From Octopus sinensis (taxonomy: Eukaryota): DNA of 64,000 nt. Shown piece after piece: positions 29,692 to 41,888 of this stretch. A program made the position numbers and the translations under genes. The stretch's first letter is position 1, and each line of letters opens with the position of its first letter. The notes beneath the pieces were generated by a model. It saw only the letters and a list, made by a program, of their open reading frames with translations. It was not told the DNA's origin and made no database searches. The stretch covers positions 25,172,001-25,236,000 of the forward strand of contig NC_043009.1 of assembly GCF_006345805.1 (NCBI RefSeq), in the 5' to 3' direction.

Positions 29692-30071
29692 CTAGCAGTA
29701 TCGCCCGGCGTTGCTCGGGTTTGTAAGGGAAATAACTATAAAGCATTTTTAGAGAGTTATAGCCAAAAAATAGCAAAAAAATGGAAAAAAATTATGGTAA
29801 ATTTTTTTGAGAGTTAAAACGGTTGAGTTGCGTCCCCTAGACAGTCTGTGGTTTGTGTTTCTGATTCTCGGCCCCATGTCGAATTTATCGATTTTTTTCA
29901 GAACTGGGGGAACTTTTCAAACTTTTCGCTGCGTTAGTTTTGAATTATGACATTGGGCTATGTGTGTGTTAAGTTTCATCAGAATCGGTTGAAAGCCGTG
30001 GTCAGGGTGAGGGTACAACCTAACAGACACACAGAAACACACACAGACAAACTGCCGTTTATATATAGAGA
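29692..30071 (-). mobile_element. Non-autonomous Helitron
   Basis: On the minus strand: A|TC 5' end (ATCTCTATATATAAA), 3' GC hairpin CCCGAGCAACGCCGGG followed by CTAG|T. Confidence 0.75.
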
Positions 30072-30293
30072 TATATATATATATATATATAAAATTTGTG
30101 ACTATTCGGTGGTACAGAAGTATATTTTTACTTCTATCATTAGCGATATAGGTACTCATATAGTACCCTTGTGTATTTATGTACATATCTAATATTGTAT
30201 GTATATATTTTATCAATTTGCCTGTACGGCTGATAATTCCCTTACCATTTGTGATGGTATTTTATATTGACATCCCTATATATATATATATAT

Positions 30294-30325
<32 letters not shown>

Positions 30326-30504
30326 GTTTCGGACCGAGGCATTAGTCGAGCACAGAGCGTAATACGAGATTAAATAAATGACAAGGGAACAAGAAAGCTT
30401 GTAATGAACGTCGTTAGCTTACTGCTGTATATACGCAAGTGAGTTACTTATATAGGGGGCCCATTATGCTCCTCTGTGCGTGTGTGTGTGTGTGTGTATA
30501 TACA

Positions 30505-30539
<35 letters not shown>

Positions 30540-30916
30540 ACACACACCAAACTATCTAAATCTTCATATTTCTAGGAATGGCTTCTAACCTTCGAAACTC
30601 TAAACTGCATTTCTCTTGTAGTTTTGTACTTTCGACGATGATCTTTTCAATGTATGTATGCAAACGCTTTCTCAAAATATGTGTGCGCGCGCACACATAT
30701 CTATGTATACACATACGCATATATACTATATATTATTATACATACATGCACATACATCAGTATACATCTAGATATATGTATATACATATAATTATATGTA
30801 TATACATATAAATGTGTGTGTGTGTGGTGTGTGTGTGTGTGTAATTTTGATCTCCATATTGAAGTGAAGCGAAAATGTTTTGATAAATGAAACCAGCGAA
30901 GGACATGTATGTGTAA

Positions 30917-30986
<70 letters not shown>

Positions 30987-31358
30987 TAATGAATTTCTAA
31001 TCTCAATATTGATGTGAGCCGTGAAAATATTTTGATAGATGAGGGCAACAGGGACATATCATTAGTCTCCCCCCATACTTATCAATACATTTAGTTGGCT
31101 AGCTATCGATCTGTGTCTATCTATCTATCTATTCGTCTGTCTGTCTGTCTATCTATCTATTTATTTATCTATCTGTCTGTCTGCCTGTCTATCTATCTAT
31201 CTATCTATCTATCTAGCTAGCTAGCTAGCTATCTATCTATCTATCTACCTACCTACCTACCTACCTACCTACCTACCTACCTACCTACCTACCTACCTAC
31301 CTACCTACCTACCTACCTATCTATCTATCCACCTACCTATTTACTTACTTACCTACCT

Positions 31359-31412
<54 letters not shown>

Positions 31413-31519
31413 CATCCATCCATCCATCTATCCGTCTGTCTGTCTATCTATCTATCTATCTAGCTAGCTAGCTAGCTAGTTATATTTCTATCTATCTGTC
31501 TGTCTATCTATCTGTCTAT

Positions 31520-31922
31520 CTATTTAATTTATGAACGCTTAAACAAGTGATGGGCGGTAAGATAAGGTCTCTTGGTTAAGGAATGACCATGCTTCTTTTC
31601 TCTTTTAAGAATGCTTATTGTTCTTGTTCTTGTTTCAACCTTGGCTGCCTCTGCATAGTTGTGTTGTTTACTTTGTAAAACAGTAAGGGGAGAGGGTTGC
31701 TAGCACATCACCCTCTACCCACATTTTCCCCATCCACATCTCTACCATATATAATAAAATCCGATAATAGGTATAGATGCAAATCTATCTAATTACTTGT
31801 CTCCTAAAATCAGTTTCCTTGATAGTGTGTGTTTGTTGACTTGACAACAAGGTCTGTATGCAAATGAGTTCATTACTGGGGTCCGGAACTCTCGTGGGAA
31901 AAAGAATTTCGCGTCCTGGACC
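31520..31922 (-). mobile_element. Second, internally deleted and truncated copy of the 21.4-kb TIR/BEL composite
   Basis: Reverse complement matches ~21655-21950 and one TIR. Confidence 0.65.
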
Positions 31923-32098
31923 AACCCAAATAACCCGATCTTCCATAACAGTCTTCATATCCTCAACTTAATATTCAGTATCTTCCACAAGTCGATCATT
32001 GTATACTCTTCTTGGTTTGCGGGTACCCGAGTGCCGTTGCGTGGTTTCCTAGAGAACGAGGTCGTTAGATATTTCATCCTTGCTTTTCCAACAGTGTC

Positions 32099-32330
32099 CT
32101 ACATAAACGTTCTTCTTCCTCTGATTTCTGATGTGAAGGTAGAAAGACTGCTTACACAACCGCTACTTTGAAGGGTGTTGCTGCCAACAAACACTGAGAA
32201 CCGCACGACGAAGCATTCGTGCAGTCGTACTTCTACATCACCATTATAACAGTGGTGACGTTTACAACTTTGACCTTTGCAACCGAATTTATAAATCACA
32301 TTAGTCATTAGTCATTAGTAGCTTATTCTC
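32099..32330 (-). mobile_element. Possible decayed Penelope GIY-YIG endonuclease fragment
   Basis: Minus-strand NVIYKFGCKGQSC...YNG....RLHE resembles the PLE pattern SNVIYKxxCxxC..YIG..R..EH; highly degenerate. Confidence 0.35.
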
Positions 32331-32734
32331 GGTTGTAAATGAGTGCAATTTCTTTTATTGATAAGATCTTTTTTAATTTCAGTGTTTTTGTTAGAAAATT
32401 ACTAGCGTTCATTTATCGTTTGGTGCAATGCATTTTGTGTTCTGTTCAATGAGGTTTTTGATTTTGTGTTCATCTATTTTATCGACATCTATTCATTTGC
32501 TTTATATAACACAATGTATGTGTAGTTTGTGTATTTTTAATTGACGAAGTAGCTGATGATTTTGTTATATTATATATATAATGTTCTATTTTTTGATCTA
32601 TCAATTTGTAACAATACCCCATGTCGTTTAGTACTTATTTTATTCCGTAGAATTCTTTATCCATAAATGCTCTTCTAAACGGATATTTTACCAGCGACGT
32701 GTTCGTGTTCGTGTCTCCACGAACACTACTACAC

Positions 32735-32915
32735 TACTCTTCTCTGGAAGCCATCTGCTCGCGATACCAGAGGGATCACACTCTCCTACCCTGATGTAAT
32801 CTCCAGGGATACAGGCATCCAGCAACAGGACTTCCGTAATGCTATGATGGACCGTGAAGTCTGGCGTAACATAGTAAATTCCATTGTCTCGACTACGGTC
32901 GAACAATGATGATGA
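32735..32915 (+). mobile_element. RTE-like LINE 3' terminus with (TGA)n tail
   Basis: LLWKPSARDTRGITLSYPDVISRDTGIQQQDFRNAMMDREVWRNIVNSIVSTTVEQ* followed by tgatgatga. Confidence 0.7.
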
Positions 32916-32999
32916 TCGTGTCTCCATGTAACTGTACGGAAGCAGCAAAAACTGTTTCAAAATTGATCAGGTGAACTGTGAGCGGTGGCGTAGCGAACT

Positions 33000-33295
33000 G
33001 ACTGGCACTCTGTCGATTCAACAGAACAGCCTACTCGTGAAATTAACATGCAAGTGGCTGAGTACACCACAGACACTCGTATACTTAAAGTAGTTCTTAA
33101 GGAGATTCAGCGTGACGATGAATGGACAAAGCTGGCCCTTTGAAATACAGGTACAACTCATTTTTGCCAGATGAGTGGGCTGGAGCAATGAGAAATAAAG
33201 TGTCTTACTCAAGGACACAACACCCCGCTTGGAATCGAACTCATTACCTTACAATCGTCAGCCGAATGCCGTAACCACTAAGCCACGCGTCTACA
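33000..33295 (-). mobile_element. tRNA-derived CORE-like SINE
   Basis: Reverse complement of the 23195 family; a related copy lies at ~37080-37385. Confidence 0.7.
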
Positions 33296-34059
33296 TGTAA
33301 TACACTCTGTGCGGTGACCAAATTAACCACTCCTTCCTAAAACGCAGCACAGTTTCGATTACAGCAATTGCATTACCGCCCGCCAAACATGACCACCCTG
33401 TACGGTCTGCATGTGCTCACGCTACTCCATTAGATATTATCCCTGGCAGGAGGAGGGGTACCTTGCTATCTGGGATAGTACTAACTGGACCCAAGCTGGG
33501 GCGTCACTGACCCTGGCTGAGTCGCGTAGATGACTGTACCTGATTGATGGAAGACCCTAGAATACCTAATGGCTCCCAGGAAACATCTCAAATGATTTAG
33601 CAATAAGCTTGGGGCGACCGTATTTCTTAAACTAGGAAACCGGAACACCAGAGAGTCTCAACTTACACGCACACACACATATATATATATACACACGCAC
33701 GAATGTGTATAAATATATATATATATATGTGTGTGTGTGTATGTGTATGCATGTGGGTGCGTATAATTATGCAAAAAACAAGTGTGTAGGTGTGTGTGTG
33801 TGTGTGCGTGCGTGTGTGTGTACAAGGGGTTTACACGCAGATTCCACAAAGAAAATTTCCACTCATAAGGCTTTGGTCACTGGAAGGCTTTTGGAGATTT
33901 TTGGTGTCACCCAATGGGATCGAAACAAAATCTTAACCGCGCAGCGTACATCTCACTCACTCACTCACTCACTCACTCACTCACTCTCTCTCTCTCTCTC
34001 TCTTTCTCTCCCTAAATATATATACACACACACACACACATATATATACATACACGCAC

Positions 34060-34104
<45 letters not shown>

Positions 34105-34283
34105 TATATATATACACACATATGCATATATACATATATATTATCATATTACATACATATATAAGTGTATATACACCTATGTACATATACTTATGCGCAT
34201 GCTATCTGTGTATTGTTTTATTCCTCTAATATTATATTACATATATTTATATGTGTATATAATATATATGTATGTATACATAC

Positions 34284-34393
<110 letters not shown>

Positions 34394-35276
34394 GCATGTA
34401 CATACATGTGTGTACACACACACACACATGTGCTTGTAATTCCACACCATTAATTTCTCTCTGACTTTATACACTTGAATAGCAGAATACCTTCCATGAA
34501 ACATAGTTTGCGTTCGCTTGAATGAAAGGGCCAGGATAACGTTTAATAATATTGCCTTCTTTTATTATATGCTTTAAGAATCGAAGGGTGCAACACCACC
34601 ACCACCACCACTACCACCATCACCATCGCCACCACCAGCAACACCGCCGCCATAAATAAATAAATAAATCATGTTTGGTGCATCATAAGCAAACACCTTT
34701 AGCAGATGATCTTGCTAGCTGGATCAGTACTAAAACATCTAGATGGTTCTTCGGCACGGCACCAGTGTGTGTTGTCGATTCCAACTGACATGCATTTTCC
34801 TTAATCAATCATGCCATAAGCTTCATGCCATTAATTCTATGTATCTAAAACCCGCTCATTTCTTGGCATTTTCCATCTAACTGTGTAGATATAACATCTG
34901 ATCCTTTTCGAACATTTTTTTCCTTCTCTCTTTTCGCCCCTTCTCCTTCCCGGCACCTTTCGTTTTTGCAATAATGTCCAAAAGCTGGTTGACATCCAGA
35001 TAGTAACGTTTGTATGCATAATGCTCCTTTAAGGCTCAATTGTGATGTTTGGTTGTCGGCTGCTTAGGTTTAGGGTTTGGGTTTCGATTTTGTTGTCATA
35101 AGACGTTTTTTTTTCTTTAAATGGTTCATAAAAAGTAAGTAAAATAGCACATTGTGATGAATGAATGCCACAACGTAATTTACTTTCATTAAAAATGTTT
35201 ATCGACATAAATTTCAACACATAGAAATACGTTCATTCAATATGTCCGTGGCTAGCGTTGATGTATATATGGAAAA

Positions 35277-35971
35277 AATGTCAAAACGAACGGGAGACAA
35301 ACAGAAGGTCCGTAATTCTTCATCAGTTATCGACTAAATGGTAATATTCAGTTTCGCATCTTTAACGATAAGACTGGGTACTTCCCAATTGGTGGTGCCG
35401 GCAAAAAAGGTTTTTGCAGAGAATGTTAGTTAGTTAGTTAGTTAGTTAATTTGGCTCAAAAGCAAATAGCAAGGCCATGTAGGGGGACATGGAGTTAAGT
35501 ACAGGGTGGTGTTCATGTAAAGAGTTCAGGCCACTTGAGGTCCAGGGAGGCTTTGAACAAAGCGGTCGTCGGCATCTTCACCATCTCGTCTGGCAGCTTG
35601 TTCCACGGATCCGCAACCCGGACGGAGAAAGCTCCTCTCCTTCGATTGAGATGAAATCGTCGCAGGTAGAGCTTTGAAGGACAAGAGCAAACAAAACAAA
35701 ACGAAACAAGCAGAATGACACAGAGTGTGATTTAGGACGGTGGACGAGGACGAACAGTCGATTAAATTACACTCTGTGTCGTTTTGCTTCTTTTGTTTTG
35801 CTTTCTTTGCACATTCTCCGTAAGAAAACTGTCTGGTTTTTTTTTGCCGGCACCGCCAATTGGGAAGTACCCAGTCTTATTGTTAAAGGTGCGAAACTGG
35901 ATATTACCATTTGGTCGATAACTGATGAAGAATTGCGGACCTTCTGTTTCTCTCCCGTTCGTTTTTACATT
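35277..35971. repeat. Long palindrome, ~200-bp arms, left arm interrupted by a CR1 fragment
   Basis: 35277-35425 plus 35681-35735 is the reverse complement of 35763-35971. Confidence 0.85.
35426..35680 (-). mobile_element. 3' end of a CR1-type LINE with (TAAC)n tail
   Basis: Minus-strand peptide RRGAFSVRVADPWNKLPDEMVKMPTTALFKASLDLKWPELFT*, then a short UTR and (TAAC)n. Confidence 0.8.
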
Positions 35972-35994
35972 CAGTATACGTTACGTCATTTGTT

Positions 35995-36226
35995 TATGTG
36001 GGATGACGTCAGCAGCTGGGGAGCTGACCGGAACTAGGGGCTGACCGGAAGGGGCAGCAGTGACGCGCGCGCAGGAAGGGCAGGATTCTGCCTTTCTTCG
36101 ATGGAGGTCGCCGAGCGGGTAAGACGGGGTCAGCACGTTGTTAAGGTTGGGAGAAGCAGCTGCTATTTCTAGCGTTCGGGTCGGGCTGTGTTGAAAGGTC
36201 TCCATCTGAGCGAAGAGAAGGTAGGT
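35995..36226 (+). promoter_or_regulatory. GC-rich promoter-like island / possible non-coding first exon of TRAP1
   Basis: TGACGTCA (CRE) near 36004, two CCGGAA ETS cores, TGACGCGCGCGC and high CpG in an AT-rich background. Candidate donors gcgg|GTAAGA (~36118) and gaag|GTAGGT (36220). Confidence 0.45.
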
Positions 36227-36330
36227 GCCTTTATTTCGAATCCCTCGCATACACCACAGTTTATACATTTTTCATTTATCAAGTAATGGAACACAACACA
36301 CAACGAATATATATATATATATGCATATTA

Positions 36331-36695
36331 CTCTTTTACCTGTTTCAGTCATTTGACCGCGGCCATGCTGGAGCACCGCCTTTAGTAGAGCAAATCGACC
36401 ACAGGACTTATTCTTTGTAAGCCTAATACTTATTCTATCGGTCTCTTTTGCCGAACCGCTACGTTACGGGGACGCAAACACACCAGTATCGGTTGCCAAG
36501 CGATGTTGGGGGGACAAACACAGACACACAAACATATACACACACACATATATATATAGAGAGATATATACGACAGGCTTCGTTCAGTTTCCGTCTACCA
36601 AATTCACTCTGCCCGAGGCTATAGTAGAAGACACTTGCCCAAGGTGCCACGCATGTGGTTCGTAAGCAAGCTACTTACCACACAGCCACTCCTAC
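36331..36695 (-). mobile_element. SINE family A
   Basis: Reverse complement of the family A consensus. Confidence 0.75.
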
Positions 36696-36725
36696 ACCTA
36701 CACACACAGACACACACACACACAC

Positions 36726-36798
<73 letters not shown>

Positions 36799-39375
36799 CA
36801 GGGAGAGAAAGAGATATATGTGAACACCAGTTGTTCCGTACTTACATTCACGTATGCGCGCGCATACACGCACACACACACGCACGCACACACATACACA
36901 CGCACTCACACACACACATACACATATACACACAAGTAAAATATCATACATTGAACGAGGAGAATGAGACAGACTGATGTACAATGTCAGAGGTCACCAC
37001 AGGAAGACAAAAGAATCAAAAAGTCACGGACTAAATGTATGCACACATATAAGAATAAACTAACAATACAAGTTATGTATAGTTAATGGTCCTCCGTCGG
37101 TTACTGCGATGAGTGTTCCAGTGATCCAATCAACGGAACAGCCTTGCTCATGAAATTAGCAAGTGGCTGAGCACTCCATAGACACGTGTGCCCTTAATGT
37201 AGTTCTCGAGGAGATTCAACGTAACACAGAATGTGACAAGACTGGCACTCATTTTTGTCAGCTGGGTTGATTGGAGCAATGGGAAATAAAGGGTCTTGCT
37301 CAAGGGTACAACGTGTCGCTGAGAATTGAACTCACAACTTTACGTTCGAGAGCCGAATACTCTAATCGCAATGCCATGCGCCTTCACTCTCTGTTGCTAG
37401 TACGTTGTAAAAAGGTAAGGAAAATATTTGAGTTGACGTTTCGGATGGATAAACCTTTATCAAAATGGTGAACGAAGCAAGAGAAAAGAAACAAGAAAAG
37501 AAATTAAAAATAATCGGATCTGATGATGATTAATCTAGCGGTTCGATCACCTGTGCCACTTGCTCATTGAATTGGCTGAGTATACTGCAGATACGCGTAT
37601 TATTGAGATTGGAATCAGCATGACAAAGCTTGACACAGTGTAGTGTAACATAGTGTGATGCAGTGTAACAATTCATTACTTTTGCAATCCATCCGAAGGG
37701 CTTCCACGCAGTTTCCGTTTACCCACTTTCATTCAGAATACTTGGATCGATCCGAGGTTAAAGTAAAAGGAGGGTAAGAGGATAGAGGAAGGAGGAGAAA
37801 GAAGGAAGGAAGAGGCAGGGAGAAGAGGCAGGAAGGAGAATGGAAGGCAGAGGAGGGAGGGAGGTGTCCTCAAATCAGAAACCCAGCCTGAATACTTGCA
37901 ACGGAGGGGATGTCGCTAAAGGCAGCAAAGGGCCAGGTGATGATGTTAAACCGGATGACAGGGTTAACGTTACCATCCGAGTGGGCCACAGCGGGATTTG
38001 AACTCGCAACACAAAGAACCGAAACAAATACCGCAAGGCATCCCCAACCAACACTCAAATGATTTCGTAAATCCACCGTCCAAGACCGATACTTTATTTA
38101 TCGACTCTAGAAAGATGAAAGTGAAGGTGCGTGGTCTAGAGGCTACGGTGTTACGAGATCACGGTTTCGATTCCTGAAATGGGCGATGCTTTGATGTTTT
38201 TTCGCAAAACACTTCATTTCATCACATTGCTCCAGTTCACCCAGCTGTGAGTAATGCTGTGATGGACTGGCGTCCCATCCAAGGAGAATGCTGTGATCTC
38301 GGTCAATTGTATTGCCATGGAAACCGGATAACTAGCCCAAGGCTGTCTACGACTCGAGACAGTTAGTGACTGGAGTTGATGATGGTGGTGGTCGTGGTTG
38401 TGAGGAGGAGGAGGAGGACGACGACGACGATGAGGAGGAGGAGGGGGAGCGGAAGGAGGAGGAGGAGGAGGGGAGCGGAAGGAGGAGGAATGACAAAACT
38501 GATCTCGATGCAATTCGAACTCAGAAAATAAGGAGCCGCAAGAAATATCCCAAGTCATTTCATCCGACATTCTAACGACTCTGCTAATTTTCTCTTTTTT
38601 AATTTTTTTTTTTAGCCCAGGTCGGTCTTGATCCAGTAAAACTGTAATCAAAGGCGTTCCAACTGCCACCAAAGGTTTGAGTATCAGAGAAACATGTCCG
38701 ATATATACTTTCTCTGCTAAAGAGAGTATATTGTTATTGCAGGTGGTTAGAGTACTGGACTCGCAATCATAATGCCGTGGTTTCATTTCCTGGGTCGGGT
38801 AGCACGTTATATGCTTGAGCAAGGTATTTCATTTCACGTTAATCCAGTCTACTCGACTGTAAAGGAATACCATCCTAGTCCGAGTGGAGCTCACTTTCCC
38901 TCCTGCTGTCGCATGTGCCACTGGGTCAATGTCGGCAGAGCTAAGAGAATGCCCATGCTTGTTAGCGACTACACGGTCAGCTGCAGCTATAAGTGAAAGC
39001 ATGGTACATGTTACCAATCGATACTTCTTTCCGACTGATGGCTATGGTCAGATTGTCGTCGGTGGGGATTTGATTACGCACATATATGCATACATACGGG
39101 GATACATCGATAAATGCATACAATTCTGCCAGGGCGGGATTAAGACCTACAGAGGTCCTAAGCACTTAGGGCCCCCATATATATGTAATTTAAAATATTT
39201 TGCGCCCTTTTCAAACCTAGCCAGGCTCATGGGCCCGGTTTCCCGGTTTCTGTGGCGTATGTGTTCCCACCGTACCCAGCTGGACGGGACGCGTTACTCA
39301 AGAAACAGGAAGAAAGAGTGAGAGAAAGTTGGGGCGAAAGAGTGCAACAGGGGTCCTCATCTTGATTGTTGTTAA

Positions 39376-39413
39376 CAACGTTTCGGCTGTTGTACCTTCT
39401 AGTCTTCATCAGG
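39376..39413 (-). ncRNA. Hammerhead motif family 1, inverted partial copy
   Basis: Reverse complement c CUGAUGA a gacuagaagguacaacagcc GAAAC GUU g; keeps the palindromic AACGUU but helix II is degraded. Confidence 0.5.
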
Positions 39414-39641
39414 CATATGGCGTAGTGATTAAAAGCGCGGGCTACTAACCCCAAGATTCCGAGTTCGATTCCAGACAGTGACCTGAGTAATAATAGTAAT
39501 AATAATAATAATAACATCGAAAAATACCATAGGAATGAGAACCTGCCCACGGGCATATGGTGTGGTAGTTAAGAGCACGGGCTATTAACCCTAAGATTCC
39601 GAGTTCGATATCAGGCGGTGACCTGAATAAAAATAATAATA

Positions 39642-39704
<63 letters not shown>

Positions 39705-39860
39705 CAACAACAACAACAACATCGAAAAATACCTTAGGAATTAGAACCCAAGTTCGAAATTTTCCCAAAACACCTGATGAAGGCTGGAGGGTACATCAGC
39801 CGAAATGTTATGTTAACAACAAAGATGAGGACAAATATCCGTCAAATGTAAATAATGTAC
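39412..39860 (+). mobile_element. Tandem tRNA-headed SINE with (AAT)n spacer and hammerhead-bearing Penelope-like tail
   Basis: Two heads (39412 and 39551); the first has A box TGGCGTAGTGA and B box GAGTTCGATTCC, the second degenerate versions. Each is followed by (AAT)n and ACATCGAAAAATACC(T/A)TAGGAA; the second continues into CTGATGA...GAAA. Confidence 0.7.
39769..39814 (+). ncRNA. Minimal type-I hammerhead ribozyme motif, family 1 (degenerate)
   Basis: aacac CUGAUGA a ggcug-(10 nt)-cagcc GAAA u GUU auguu: perfect 5-bp helix II, one helix I mismatch, C15.2 changed to U. Confidence 0.65.
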
Positions 39861-40351
39861 TCTTAGAATATTATTTGAGCAAGTTTAAAAGTAATTTGTT
39901 TTGTTTGTTGTAAACCATTTTCCCATTTCTGTGGTCCCCTTCGTGCCCTAAGCAGTTGTTTATCTTGCTAAATGGTTAATCCTGCGCTGATATCTACATA
40001 CATTCATTCATACATACATAAACGCATATATACACACTCATACATAGATTCATTCATACATATTCATAGATACACAGATACATACATACATGCATAAATA
40101 AATGCATGCATACATACATACATACAGACAGACACAGACATATACACATCCCTCCATGTATACATTATATACACACATATACATCAAGCATGAATAACAA
40201 CACCGAAGATAAGTGAAAACCTATTAAACGCGATTTATGTAAAAGATTACTACGTAGATGTACACACACACACGCACGCATTCATTCATTCATTTTTAAA
40301 AAATCTACTATCACTCAGCTGATTGCAGTTTCAATCCTTGTTAATTGCAGG

Positions 40352-40368
40352 TGACCTCTTAGAGGTCA
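40352..40368. promoter_or_regulatory. Perfect palindrome TGACCTCT-T-AGAGGTCA (two nuclear-receptor half-sites) just upstream of the TRAP1 ATG
   Basis: 8-bp perfect inverted repeat with 1-nt spacer, containing TGACCT/AGGTCA. Confidence 0.3.
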
Positions 40369-40398
40369 TTTCATATCTCAGAAAGAGGCTATATGAAA

Positions 40399-40528
40399 AT
40401 GGCGACTTCTATCCGTACATGTGTTCCGCCGTTCTACCGTTGTTTAACAATGAGAAAATTTTCAACCTGTGTGCGTCCTCTACGAACTGTTACCCTGCAC
40501 ACGAAGGCCACTAGGTCTCACTCTGTCG
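40399..40528 (+). CDS. TRAP1: TRAP1/HSP75 first coding exon (mitochondrial targeting presequence, MATSIRTCVPPFYRCLTMRKFSTCVRPLRTVTLHTKATRSHSV)
   Basis: aaaATGGcg strong start context at 40399 (in-frame ATG also at 40393). 43 codons + 1 nt, then G|GTAAGG donor at 40529. Peptide is Arg/Ser/Thr-rich with no acidic residues, and the phase matches the exon at 45028. Confidence 0.8.
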
Positions 40529-41747
40529 GTAAGGACATTAAAAAAAAAAAAAAGACATAACATATCCCTGTCCTCATCATTAATAACACTACCACCATCA
40601 TCATCGCCTCTGTGTTCCTCTATCTCTCTCTTCCTATTTAACACCTTAATTGTAAATACTTACACCATCTGACTGTATTTACGCTTCGAACCATCCATTC
40701 TCTAGTTTGTCTGTGTATTCATCTATCTAGCTTATCTCTCTGTCTATCGGTAAAGCTGTCGAATCTGTAAGTAAACACCAACTTCTCTGTGTATAACGAA
40801 AGGAACTACATAGAAACGACATGCCACATTTTTCATCTAATTTACAAATAAATGATCGTTTTACTTAAATGACTACTAAGATTAATTAAACTAACCTAAT
40901 TATTGTTTTATTGTATATTTTATAGACATAAAACACCATACCTTGGAATTTTTGTCGATGTTCAGGGATTCCACACGTGTGTAGTGTAAATAATACGTTA
41001 TTGAGACAACGAGGGAATCTGTAATTACTGAGACTAATTAAACAGAGTTAATTACAGTTTTATAGTAAAATTTCTAAACAATAAAGTACCATAATTTAGA
41101 ATTGTAAATATTTGAGATATTCCAGCATGTAATTTCTATGTGGCCCCTTCCGTTTTTGTACGGAAGGTCATTTATCGACAGATTCGAAACTTTACCTATG
41201 TTTGTAATTGTTTCTGCCGCTGAATATTAAATTATGAAATCATGTACGTTTATACACTCACATATATACATACATGCTGATATATATATATACACACATA
41301 TATATCATATACATACACACCCATATAAAACACGTGTTTAGCACCACGGTGAAGGACGGAGTATGTGGTCCTTAATAAATAATTATTATAATATTATCAC
41401 AAATGTGTGTGTTATAACAGGGGAGAAGGGGGTGATAAGATTCTGTGACGTTCATGCACATTCGCAAAAACATTGAAATAGAGATCTAACAAAAATAAAA
41501 AGAACCGAAGTTAAAATAGCGACTCTGAAGAACAGGAACCAGTTTACGGACACCGTTTACCTGGAGTGGAATCTCAAAATTTATGAATGTTTTCGTTATA
41601 CTATCAATTGATACAACCTCTGTGAACCTGATATACCCTACCACACACACTCATATACACATGCAAACATTTCAAACACACGCTTGTACACGTATTTCTA
41701 CACAGGCAACCCTTCGGAGATGGTACCGAAAGATTGCTTTTACATAT

Positions 41748-41785
<38 letters not shown>

Positions 41786-41854
41786 CATATTATTAGAACG
41801 TATTTGCGTATTTTATTTAACTACTTTGTTGATCGGTTATATTGCTCCTTACTG

Positions 41855-41888
<34 letters not shown>

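Noticed and set aside
34845-35040. Charged open frames on the minus strand (e.g. EHYAYKRYYLDVNQLLDIIAK...)
   Set aside because: No recognisable family and no convincing splice sites.
39412-39487. tRNA-like heads here and in SINE families A, B and E as genuine tRNA genes
   Set aside because: Acceptor and anticodon stems do not pair properly, there is no oligo-T terminator, and they run into SINE bodies.
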